From contig CAWBGA010000013.1 in assembly GCA_963788195.1 (NCBI GenBank), positions 224,001 to 288,000 of the forward strand: a stretch of DNA of 64,000 bases. Direction: 5' to 3'. The notes under the pieces are model-generated. The model ran no database searches and was not told the DNA's origin. It was given only the letters and a program-made list of their open reading frames with translations. This DNA is from Nitrospirota bacterium (GTDB lineage: Bacteria; Nitrospirota; Nitrospiria; Nitrospirales; NS-4). Below, one piece after another: positions 54,791 to 64,000 of the stretch; position 1 is the first letter of the stretch; each line of letters opens with the position of its first letter. A program made the position numbers and the translations under genes.

Positions 54791-55360
54791 ATGTCAAACG
54801 TGCGCCGGTACATCCGAACTATGGGAAGCGCGTTCATTCTCGCGCTAGCGACGACGACTCTGATCAGCCCGAGCCCGGCCGTCGCGGAGTCCGCCGCCGG
54901 ACTCGAGGCCGACGCCGCCGCCGCGCTGAAAGAGCTCTACAGGGGCTCGCCTGAGGCGAAGATGCTCTCGGAGAAGGCCGTGGCGATCCTGGTGTTTCCG
55001 AACATCGTCAAGGCGGGCTTTCTGGTAGGCGCCCAGTATGGCGAAGGCGTGCTCAACAAGAAGGGCGTGCCGGTCGGGTTCTACAGTTCCGTTGCCGGAT
55101 CGTACGGTCTGCAGGCCGGCGTGCAAGCGTTCGGCTACGCGCTCTTCCTGATGACGACCTCCGCGGTCAACTATCTCGACGAGAGTGACGGCTGGGAAAT
55201 CGGCGTCGGCCCGAGCATCGTCGTGGTGGACGAAGGCGTCGCCCGTTCGCTCACGAGCACGACACTCAAGCATGACGTCTACGCGTTTATCTTCAACCAG
55301 CAGGGCCTGATGGCAGGCATGGGAATCCAGGGCTCAAAGATCACCAGGATCAGCAAGTAA
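54791..55360 (+). CDS. YSC84/SYLF lipid-binding domain secreted protein
   Basis: AILVFP.IVKAGF.VG.QYGEG.L, S.GLQAG.Q, GWEIGVGP, QQGLMAG...QGSKIT. Confidence 0.85.
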   Translation: MSNVRRYIRTMGSAFILALATTTLISPSPAVAESAAGLEADAAAALKELYRGSPEAKMLSEKAVAILVFPNIVKAGFLVGAQYGEGVLNKKGVPVGFYSSVAGSYGLQAGVQAFGYALFLMTTSAVNYLDESDGWEIGVGPSIVVVDEGVARSLTSTTLKHDVYAFIFNQQGLMAGMGIQGSKITRISK

Positions 55361-55364
55361 CTCG

Positions 55365-56384
55365 ATGAGGACCTTTGCCAAACAACTGGGGCGTTTCGTC
55401 GTCGCATTCGTCATCCTGGCTGCGACGGCGTGGGGTGCGCTAGCGCTGTTCTATACCGGGCCGTCCCCCCAAGCGCTGCGCTCTCTGCTGGCGGGTCTCT
55501 TCGGACTTGTGGGACTCGTCGCGGCAGTGGTCTTTCTGTTCTCGCGCCGGCGTTGGCGGGCGGCGGGAGCGTTCGCGGCGGTGTTTCTGTTGTGGGTTGT
55601 CTGGTGGAGCACCGTCCGGCCGTCCAACGACCGCGACTGGCAGACGGAAGTCGCGGTGCTGCCTTACGCGACCATCGCCGGCGACCTGGTGACAATGCAC
55701 AACATCCGCAATTTCGACTACCGCAGCGAGACCGATTTTACGCCGGCCTATTACGACAAGACGTTTGACTTGCGGCAACTCGATTCGGTCGATATGATCG
55801 CGGTCTATTGGATGGGCCCGGAGATCGCGCACATCATACTGAGTTACGGGTTCGCGGGCCGGGACTATCTAGCGGTGTCGATCGAGACGCGCAAGGAGCG
55901 CTCGGAAGAGTATTCGACCCTAAAAGGCTTTTTCAGGCAGTATGAGTTGTTTTACGTGGTGGCCGACGAGCGGGACGTCATCCGCGTGCGGACCAATTAT
56001 CGGAAGGACCCGCCGGAGGAGGTGTACTTGTTCCGCCTCCATGGTCCGACAGAGAATGCGCGGCGTCTCTTTTTGGATTATGTGCGCGAGATCAACTCGC
56101 TCAAGGAACACGCGGAGTTCTACAACACGCTGACGACGAACTGCACGACCAGCATCTTCATGCACACGCGCGTCAATCCGGGACATATGGCCTTGAACTG
56201 GAAACTTGTGCTGAGCGGCTACACTCCCGCCTATGTCTATGAACAGGGGAGGCTCGATACCAGCCTGCCGTTGGAAGAGCTCAAGAAGCGCTCGCGGATC
56301 AACGACGCCGCGCTGGCGGCCGACCACGCGCCCGACTTCTCCCAGAGGATCCGCGCCGGCCTGCCGGGCGTGAACAAGCCGTAG
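55365..56384 (+). CDS. DUF4105 domain membrane protein
   Basis: Three N-terminal TM helices; PSNDRDW, NIRNF.Y, IAH...S.GF, S.E.RKE..E.YS...G.FRQYEL, FYNTLTTNCTT. Confidence 0.85.
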   Translation: MRTFAKQLGRFVVAFVILAATAWGALALFYTGPSPQALRSLLAGLFGLVGLVAAVVFLFSRRRWRAAGAFAAVFLLWVVWWSTVRPSNDRDWQTEVAVLPYATIAGDLVTMHNIRNFDYRSETDFTPAYYDKTFDLRQLDSVDMIAVYWMGPEIAHIILSYGFAGRDYLAVSIETRKERSEEYSTLKGFFRQYELFYVVADERDVIRVRTNYRKDPPEEVYLFRLHGPTENARRLFLDYVREINSLKEHAEFYNTLTTNCTTSIFMHTRVNPGHMALNWKLVLSGYTPAYVYEQGRLDTSLPLEELKKRSRINDAALAADHAPDFSQRIRAGLPGVNKP

Positions 56385-56404
56385 CCCGCACGCGGGGGCA
56401 AAGG

Positions 56405-57214
56405 ATGGGAGAGAAGGGATTCCTGCTCGCCCGGGGCCTGGGTGTCTTGCTCATCACGCTGAGCTTCGGCGCTGCGGCGCTCGCCGATGAGGCGAGAGAG
56501 CTGGCGAAAAAAAGGCAGAATCCCATTCCGGACCTCAGTAGCGTATCGTTCGACAACGGTACGAACTTCGGCGGGAGCCCTCATCACCGTGTCCAGAATG
56601 AGCTGGACATCCGGCCCCTCGTGCCGTTCCGCCTGACCGAGGACTGGTATCTCGTCACCCGTACCGTTGTCCCCGTCATCAAGCAGCCGCACGAGGATTC
56701 GCCCACCGGCGACATCTGGGGGATGGGCGACATCACCTTCACGGGGTTTCTGGCGACGGAGGAGACCTCGGGGCTCACCTGGGGCGCCGGCCCGGTGGTG
56801 ATCCTTCCGACGGCCACCCACGATGCGCTCGGCTCCAGGAAATGGGGCCTCGGTCCATCGGCGGCCGCGATGGTGAGCTCCGGGCACTGGGTCATCGGGT
56901 TCCTGGTTCAAAACGTGTGGTCGGTCGCCGGCAACAAGGACCGGCCCGATGTCAGCCAGTTCCTCCTGCAATACAGCGTGAACTACAATTTCCCTGACGG
57001 GTGGTATCTCACGTCGGGACCGACCGTCACGGCGGATTGGAAGGCGGAGACAGACCAGCGCTGGGTGGTACCGGTCGGCGGGGGTTTCGGAAAACTCTTC
57101 AGGCTCGCGCGACAGCCGATGGTCCTTGAGACGCAGGCTTTCTATAACCTGGAGCGCGGGACCGATGGAGGCAACTGGAGCCTGTCCGTCCTCTTGCAGT
57201 TCCTCTTTCCATAA
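56405..57214 (+). CDS. Putative outer-membrane beta-barrel protein (family often mislabelled 'neuromedin U')
   Basis: ELAKK.QNP...L.SV, G.GD, WGAGP...LPTAT...LG..KWG.GP, W.VPVGGG.GK; ends LFP. Confidence 0.7.
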   Translation: MGEKGFLLARGLGVLLITLSFGAAALADEARELAKKRQNPIPDLSSVSFDNGTNFGGSPHHRVQNELDIRPLVPFRLTEDWYLVTRTVVPVIKQPHEDSPTGDIWGMGDITFTGFLATEETSGLTWGAGPVVILPTATHDALGSRKWGLGPSAAAMVSSGHWVIGFLVQNVWSVAGNKDRPDVSQFLLQYSVNYNFPDGWYLTSGPTVTADWKAETDQRWVVPVGGGFGKLFRLARQPMVLETQAFYNLERGTDGGNWSLSVLLQFLFP

Positions 57215-57334
57215 ATATGGAGGAATGTGAAACGTATACAAGAGCAGGTATTTTCGTGTACCGTGTCGGCTCCAGAACGGACCATCACCGTGAGTAGAAC
57301 CGTGAACAACCTCGAATCACAAGGGAATCAATCA

Positions 57335-58604
57335 ATGCACCGCTCTATCGTAAGAGACATGAACCGCGTCGCCTTCTCTCTGCTGCTGGCCGTAGGGCTT
57401 GCCGCCGCCGGCGTTTCTGCGCAAGGGACGCAATTCGATGAGCGAGGCGACGCTGCAGGCGTCCAAGATTCTGCCGCCGGAGCTTGTAGCCGGCCCGAAC
57501 CACGTCGTGCAAGAGCGCGTCGTCAACGATGGCTACCTCAATATCTATATGATCGACTCGTCTTTCGGCCAGTTGCGGGCGGCGTCCACCGCGCAGCTCC
57601 GCCAGTACGTGCACGAGCTGAACGCGGTCGCCCGCATGGAACTGCTGTCGAACAGCGACGCGTTCAAGAGCGGCATCAAAGGGAAGGCCGGGGACGTCGT
57701 GAGCGGCACGAAAAACTTAGTGGTTAATCCGGTGGACACCGTGTCGGGCGCCGTATCCGGGGTCGGCTCAGTTTTCGGGCGTATAGGCGAAGCGGCCACC
57801 AGCCGCTCGACGAGCGACGCCGAGGACAGCCGCATGGAGGGCGCCATCGGCTTCTCCAAGACGAAGCGGGACTATGCCTACGAGTTCAAGGTGGACGTGT
57901 ACTCGCGGAACCCGATTCTTCAGGACCATCTCAACCAGCTGGCCTGGGCGCAGTACGGGGGCTCGCTCAGCACGGCTGCTTTGCTGATGGCGGTGCCCGG
58001 CGGCGCAGGCGTGGCGGTCTCCGTCAGCGGCGGCAACGAGCTTATGAACAAGGTCTACCGGGACCTGCCGCCGAACGAATTGCGCAAGCGTAGCCGCGCC
58101 AAGCTGGAGGCGATGGGCGCCAGCTCCGATGTCATAGACCTGTACATCAGAAACGAAGTGTTCACGCCGCGCGAGCAGAACGACATCGTCGAGGCGCTCG
58201 ATACGATGCCGAAAACGGCGAAGCGCGTCGAATTCATCAAGTTCGCGGTGCTGACCGAGAACCCGGACATCGCGTTCTTCCGCCAGCGCCAGGCCGAGAT
58301 GTATTGGACCTATCACCGCAAGGTGGCGCCGATCGCGCGGTTCGTGCCGTTCGGCAACACCACCGCTGCTCTCACCCAAGACGGCACGCTGGTCTTCAAC
58401 GCGCCGCTCGATTACCTCAGATGGACTCCGCAGACGGCGGGCTTCGTGAACAGAGTGACCGGCCTCGCAGACATGATTCCAAATGTTCGCGCGAAGCACT
58501 TGTGGATCGATGGCGCTGCGAGTCCGCTCGCGCGCAAGAACCTGGAGCGCTCCGGCTGGAAGGTGTTCGAGGGTACTAAGCCGCGGCCCGCCGCCGCCGG
58601 CTGA
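57335..58604 (+). CDS. Hypothetical secreted protein (frameshift near 57430)
   Basis: Signal peptide in ORF 57227-57727 joins the long ORF 57399-58604; start codon uncertain. Confidence 0.65.
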
Positions 58605-58656
58605 AAAAACCCCACCGTGTAGATCCTCGCCTTCCGGCGGGAAGGAGATGCAGTAG

Positions 58657-59418
58657 TTAGCGGCCTTGCGCCGATCTGCTGTTTACGGCGGTAAGGTGCG
58701 CGTTGCGAACGGCGCTGTACAGATCAAGAGTGGCTTCTTCTACGCTCTGATAATTTTCGAGGTTGACTGCGCGGTTGTTAACGACGTCCTCCGTTGTCTT
58801 CCCGAAGCCCCCGGCGAGCGGCAGCACATAACTAATCGGATCCAGCGCAAGATCGAAAGCTTATCCGACGGCGCCCCGAACCGTAAAGGGAGGCAGGAAC
58901 GGAAGGACCACATATGGGCCGGGCCCGGCGCCGTAGAAGCCGAAGGTATCGGCGCTATTTACGTCGCTCTTCTCCACATGGAACTGATACTTGGCCACAT
59001 CGGCCAACCCGCCCACACCAAGCGTTGAGTTGATGACGAAACGCAAAAGCTCCCGGCCGGCGCCTTTAAATTTGCCTTGCAGCAGGCTGTTGATGAAGCG
59101 CCGGGGCATGGCGATGTTGTCATACGCATTATGAATGGCTTGCTTCTCTCCATCCAGCACGATCTCGTTGTACACTTTCGCCACTGGTTTGATGACGTGC
59201 CGATCTAACTGGTAATTGAAGGCAAAGGTCTTCTCATTGAAGCGCTCCCAGGGATCGTAATCTTCAGTTTCCGTGTCAACGGACTCGAGTCTGGTATCCG
59301 TGACGACGACCTCCTCCAGCGGCTCCGCCTTGGTGTCGGTCTTGTGCAACGGTCCGGCTCCGAGAATTCCGAAAGAGACGATCACTGCAAGCGCTACATA
59401 ACTGGCCTGGTTCACCAT
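58657..59418 (-). pseudogene. mlaA: MlaA/VacJ family lipoprotein with an in-frame TAA at 58861-58863
   Basis: DPWERFN...F.FN, N...P....NSLLQG, RFVINSTLG.GGL.D.A, GPYVVLPFL; homology continues in-frame after the stop (AFDLALDP...LDLYSAVRNA). Confidence 0.8.
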
Positions 59419-59490
59419 TCATTTCCTTTCGCTCGATTTTGACCCCGATTCCACCGGCGTTTCAGAGGCGGGAAGACTACGAGACGAGAC

Positions 59491-59946
59491 TTACTTAGTC
59501 GGGAGTGCGAACTGGAAGACACATGCCCGGTTGAGGGTGGAATCCGGCCCCATCGACTGCTCCCCAAATCCGCCGCCCTGCCATCCGGGGCACCATGAGG
59601 AAGCAGACTTGAGGCTCCTGCCGAACGCGCTGCCGAGCGCCGCGACCTGCTCGAGCACGGACTCCCTGGTCTCCTTCACACCGCTTTCCGGGATGGACGG
59701 TTGGTCGAGCATAGTGGCTTGGAGATCGGGTATGCCCATCGACTCGGCGAGCGGCGCACGCTTCGGAACTGCCAGTGTGCTATCCATCCTGACGTTCCTG
59801 GTCGGAGCGGGTCCGTACGATAGGTTGGCTGAAAGCAGATATATCTCCTGGGCCGAAACTTTACTTGCTCCCGCGACGACCAGGATCAGCGCTAGGCTCG
59901 TGCCGAGGATCCCGATCCGTCGTTTCAGTTGGTTCAGTGTGATCAC
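59491..59946 (-). CDS. Hypothetical secreted protein
   Basis: SD GGAGG; signal-peptide-like N-terminus; no recognised domain. Confidence 0.5.
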   Translation of the reverse strand: MITLNQLKRRIGILGTSLALILVVAGASKVSAQEIYLLSANLSYGPAPTRNVRMDSTLAVPKRAPLAESMGIPDLQATMLDQPSIPESGVKETRESVLEQVAALGSAFGRSLKSASSWCPGWQGGGFGEQSMGPDSTLNRACVFQFALPTK

Positions 59947-60278
59947 TTAGGTGGCCTCCCTTTACGATGACTATGTTAAGTAACGTCTACAATGTGACTT
60001 TATTTAGTAACGCGACAGTACAGTCGCGCTCCTTGACATGCAATCGCGATGAAGACCTATTGCCTCATGCAAACGGGGCATCCATTCATCTGCAAACAGT
60101 CCCTCCACTGTCAAAAGACACTAGACCGTTTGCCCAGAATTATCTGAAGAGATACGCCCGCTGCACTTGATAGTTCTGGAGCGGAGTAACAGAAAAGCCA
60201 GCATAAACAATGCGATTCTGGGAATCTTAAGTGGCGTCGTTGGAAGGCGGGGGAGCTGGGCGCGACGCTATCAGCAAA

Positions 60279-62226
60279 TCACTTCGCTCTCGGGGGGCAC
60301 GTTGGATCTTCGAGATAGGGTTGTTCAGCGCACGCCGATGTGTTCTCCAGGAGAATGCGCCGTATTTCCTCGATGGCCTCCGGGTTACCCTGAACTGAGT
60401 GGCCTGACGTGATGACTTTCTCGGAGACCGCCTCCTCGATGTGCGCGCTCGAGTACTTCACCACCCCGTCGTCGCCCTCTGCCTGCGGTTTGCCCGCCAA
60501 CACGGGGATGATCGAGTGGGCCGTGACGGGCGGCTCTACGCGGATCGAGGCCAAGGTGCGAATCATGGGGTTGGAGGGATGCATGTTGTTCACGCTCCGT
60601 GGGAGCTTACTCAGCAGCTTGCCTTTTTCCGGGTCCCCCGCCGCGACCGCTTTCGCGAGCTCCGCTCCCTGCGAGAGGAGGGTGCCCGGCAGCTTCACCA
60701 GGTCGGCGAGCCAACCCGCGATCCGTCCCTCGGAGACGTAGCTACCGCGCTGCGGCGTGGAGATGAAGATGACCGTTTTCACAAAGGGCAAGGGCGTGAC
60801 GAACATGGAATGGCGAACGAGTTCCCTGGTCTCCGGTTTGAACTCCACTTCCTCGAACGGTTTCGTCATCCAGTTATCCCAGAACTTCGTCCCGCTGTTG
60901 ATCGCGGTGAGCTTGGTCAGCAGACCGCCCTGGCTGTGTCCCATCACGACCATCTGCCGCAACGCCGGGTCCTTGCCCTCGGGGTCGAACTCCTTGACGG
61001 CATTGGTCAGAGACGTCCGTAAAACGCCGGCGGAGAGCAGTATGGGGCTTCCCGTGTTGTACGTGAAGATCCAGAACTGGTAACGCTGCGCAATACGCGG
61101 GTCTGCGTTCATCTCGTTGAGCAGCTCGGCCCACCGCACGGGACTGGAGGCCGTTCCATGGACCAGCACGACGGGGATCTTCCCCGGCTGGTACGGCTGC
61201 ATGGTTAAGAGGTTGCCGGTCTTGGTCTTGAAGAGTTGCGGCTCCAGCCCCAGGAATCCATAAATCTCCATTGCGAAGACCGGGAAGTTCTTGAGGGTAT
61301 AGGCGAGCGCGGAGGTCGGCTCGTACTCCAGCGGAACGTCGAATGCCCCCAGTTTCACGGTGCGTTGGGCGTCCGTCGTATAGACTGCCAGAGTCCCGCG
61401 TGGGTGGCCACTGATAAGACCGCTGTACGCTTTGTCGAGGCGGAGGAACGCGGTCACGGGTATTTTCAGCCCGGGCCCGACATAATAGCTCGCGGGATCG
61501 TTCTCGGTCACCGTGGGGCCAAGGCTCGCGATGAGCGGCGCGCCGATGCCGGGCTGGCGGTAACGGTTTCTGAATCCGTACACGTCGAATTGCAACGCCG
61601 GGATGAACTGCTGCAGCGTACGGCCGGCCCAAACGAAGCGCTCCGGGGCATCAATCACGAGCTCTCCGAACGGCAGAGGGTAGCGCCCGCCGGTGAGCGC
61701 GACCTCGTCCACATCACGCACCTCTACGCTCCCGTCCTCCGCCACTTTGGGAGGGATCACGAGCCCCATCGCGAGCGCGGTGTTGTAAATGTCGGCGGCG
61801 ATGCGGTTCCGCGGGTCGAGGGGGATGGGAGGTTTCGCGCCTGCCTCGGGGACGAGGAACGCGTAGGCATACAGGGCGGCGGCGAGGAAATGGGGCTGCG
61901 ACCCCGTCTTCCGGGCGTGAAGAAGTGACAGTTCCGCCAGCGCAAAGAGGCGGTTGTCGTCGCCGGCCGACGCAAGACCCTTATGCAGCTCGGCAAGGGT
62001 GCCGGCCGGGTCGTCCTTGAACTTCTCGTACAGGCCGAGACGGAGCAAGGCCTGGATAGTGAAAGAGGTCGGGTTGATCGGAGTCGAGCGCGTTGGCGTA
62101 ACTTTGTTTGGCGGATTCTTCCGGAGTCCAGCGTGTGACCCCGATAAGCGAAGAACATCCCGCCGCGCTCAGGGACAAGGCCAGAAAAAGAACCGCCAAC
62201 GTGAATGAACGGCTGTTGGCTCGCAT
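60279..62226 (-). CDS. Alpha/beta-hydrolase (lipase/esterase-like) lipoprotein (frameshift near 62065)
   Basis: Lipobox AAGC in ORF 61981-62295; PY.PGKIPVVLVHG, GHSQGG nucleophile elbow, TP.RGS, DGVV.Y.SAH, GHS. Confidence 0.85.
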
Positions 62227-62286
62227 CAATAAGGTATTACGAAACCCATGCAAACGCGACCTTAGCACGATATGGGGCACTCTGTA

Positions 62287-62333
62287 CCCTGTCAAGTTTG
62301 ACAGTTGTGGTATTTTTCCTCCCCCGTTATGTT
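62287..62333 (+). promoter_or_regulatory. lux-box-like palindrome plus -10 between the divergent hydrolase and AI-2E genes
   Basis: CCCTGTCAAGTTTGACAGTT; TATGTT 23 nt after the core. Confidence 0.7.
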
Positions 62334-62470
62334 TGCCACAATAAATTCACCGTCAAGGTCCATCAAGGTGCGTTTGAGCTGAAGTAAGCCGGTAAGCAGG
62401 AGATTTTCTGCTTCAGCGCGGCGCTCAAGGCGGAAGCAACTGACGCCCCGCTGGAAGTGAAGGGAGAGAA

Positions 62471-63568
62471 ATGCAATCCGACCGGGTGCTAGACCTTGCC
62501 CGTATCACCTTCCAGTTGCTCGCCCTCGGCATACTGATCGCCGCGAGCTTCTGGATCATGCGTCCATTCCTGGTCGCGTTTACCTGGGCGACCATGATCG
62601 TCGTCGCCACATGGCCGCTCCTGCTGCACGCGCAAGCGTGGCTCGGCGGCAAGCGCTCCCTCGCCGTTACTTTAATGACGATTGTGTTGCTGCTGATTCT
62701 GGTGGTGCCGCTCTACTTCGGCATCTCGACCATTGTGGAGAATGCCCCACAGATCGCGGGCTGGTCGAAATCGCTGGCGACTTTTAGCCTCCCGCAGCCC
62801 CCCGCCTGGGTGGAAGGGCTCCCGGTGGTGGGCTCGAAGCTTGCGGCGCGTTGGCAACAACTCGCGGCCGCCAGTCCGGAAGAGATCTCTGCGCGCATTG
62901 CGCCCTATGCCCAGAGCCTCATCCTCTGGTTCGTAGTCCATGTGGGTGGTATCGGGTTGCTGCTCGTCAACTTCCTGCTCACGGTGACCATTGCTGCGAT
63001 CCTGTACGCGAACGGCGAGACGGCGGCTCGCGCCGCAGACCTTTTCGCCTGGCGAATCGCTGGGCCGCGAGGGCAGAACGCGGTGCATCTCGCTGGACAG
63101 GCGATTCGAGGCGTCGCGCTGGGTGTCATCGTCACCGCTATTCTTCAGTCCACTGCGGCCGGCATTGGGCTCGCGATCGTCGGGGTGCCTTTCGCGACGA
63201 TTCTGACCGCCGTGATCTTCATGCTGTGCGTCGCGCAGATAGGCCCCGGGCTTGTGCTGATCCCGGCAGTCATCTGGGTCTACTCGACGCGTGGCGCCGT
63301 GTGGGGTACCGGTTTTCTCATCTGGGCGATCTTCTGCGGCACGTTCGACAATTTCGTGCGCCCGCTGCTCATCAAGCAGGGTGCCGACCTGCCGCTGCTG
63401 CTGATCTTCGCGGGTGTGATTGGCGGGCTCATCGCCCTCGGCGTCATCGGGCTCTTCATCGGGCCGGTGGTGCTCGCAGTGGCGTACACGCTGCTTGTCG
63501 ACTGGGTGTCCGAGAGCACTCCCTCTGAGGAACCAGCGCCGCCGCCGCCAGCGATACTGAAAGAGTGA
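62471..63568 (+). CDS. ydiK: AI-2E family transporter, YdiK-like
   Basis: DLAR, WATMIVVATWP, LAGQAIRGVALGV..TA, DNFVRP.LI.QGADLPLLLI..GVIGG. Confidence 0.88.
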   Translation: MQSDRVLDLARITFQLLALGILIAASFWIMRPFLVAFTWATMIVVATWPLLLHAQAWLGGKRSLAVTLMTIVLLLILVVPLYFGISTIVENAPQIAGWSKSLATFSLPQPPAWVEGLPVVGSKLAARWQQLAAASPEEISARIAPYAQSLILWFVVHVGGIGLLLVNFLLTVTIAAILYANGETAARAADLFAWRIAGPRGQNAVHLAGQAIRGVALGVIVTAILQSTAAGIGLAIVGVPFATILTAVIFMLCVAQIGPGLVLIPAVIWVYSTRGAVWGTGFLIWAIFCGTFDNFVRPLLIKQGADLPLLLIFAGVIGGLIALGVIGLFIGPVVLAVAYTLLVDWVSESTPSEEPAPPPPAILKE

Positions 63569-63593
63569 AGGCTGGCCGCGAAAGGACTCACCC

Positions 63594-64000
63594 ATGAAAA
63601 CCACACGCAGATCAAACCTCATGGCCGGCGTGCTAGGCCTGATCTACTGTTGTTTTCTGTCCGGGAACGCCGCGCTCGCCCAGAAGCCGGCTCCACAAAA
63701 AGGGGCTGGCGGGACTCTCACCATCGATCTCGCGAAGGTGGGGAAACCGTGGACCGGTGATCTGGACGGGATGATCGAGCGGCGGGTCATCCGCGTGCTG
63801 ACCGTCAACAGCAAGACCATCTATTTCCTCGATAAGGGCGTACCTCGCGGCACCGCCGTTGAGTACGTCCGGCTGTTCGAAGACGAGCTCAACAAGAAGC
63901 TCGCCGCCGACAAGAAACGAAAGAACAAAAACCTGAAGGTGCGGGCGGTGTTCATTCCGGTACGGCGCGACCAACTGCTGCCGGGGCTTACCGCCGGCAA
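63594..64000 (+). CDS. MltF-like lytic transglycosylase / substrate-binding-domain protein, N-terminal part (runs off the window)
   Basis: Open frame from ATG 63594: signal peptide, then PWTGDLDGMIERRVIRVL...YFLDKG..RG...FE.ELN...FIPVRRDQLLP.L. Confidence 0.75.
   Translation, partial: MKTTRRSNLMAGVLGLIYCCFLSGNAALAQKPAPQKGAGGTLTIDLAKVGKPWTGDLDGMIERRVIRVLTVNSKTIYFLDKGVPRGTAVEYVRLFEDELNKKLAADKKRKNKNLKVRAVFIPVRRDQLLPGLTAG

Noticed and set aside
60108..60123. Seventh lux-like box (CTGTCAAAAGACACTA)
   Set aside because: Only one half-site matches and no -10 lies at the conserved spacing on either strand.

Overview
GC-rich bacterial DNA. A Nitrospira/Nitrospirota-like origin is inferred from gene content, not proven. 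Positions 1-5622 hold the end of a CHAT / CHASE2-cyclase / DUF928 signalling operon, tenA, tRNA-Ala(GGC), purA and tRNA-Lys(TTT). A ~58 kb accessory-looking region follows tRNA-Lys. It contains (i) an orphan Phd antitoxin with a deleted VapC, envelope proteins, a nitrosocyanin-like cupredoxin and an OprB porin; (ii) cydAB, fba, gnd, zwf and a Rieske/cytochrome bc module; (iii) glycogen-mobilisation and phosphoketolase-acetate kinase genes (GH63, GH13, histidine phosphatase, fba, ackA, xfp, glgP, pgm, malQ, pgi, tkt, glgX, ppk2, sulP); (iv) an envelope cluster (DUF4136, YgdI-like, RND pump, beta-barrel proteins, YSC84/SYLF, DUF4105, mlaA pseudogene, alpha/beta hydrolase, AI-2E, MltF-like). The most striking unannotated signal is a lux-box-like palindrome, CTGTCA-N4-TGACAG, in six promoter regions at a near-fixed 23-nt distance from a -10 hexamer, which suggests one LuxR-type regulon. 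Two of these promoters share a duplicated ~150 bp cassette that includes a predicted three-way-junction RNA. At least seven deletion scars of genes are readable in the intergenic DNA. Many genes carry small frameshifts that are probably sequencing or assembly errors.
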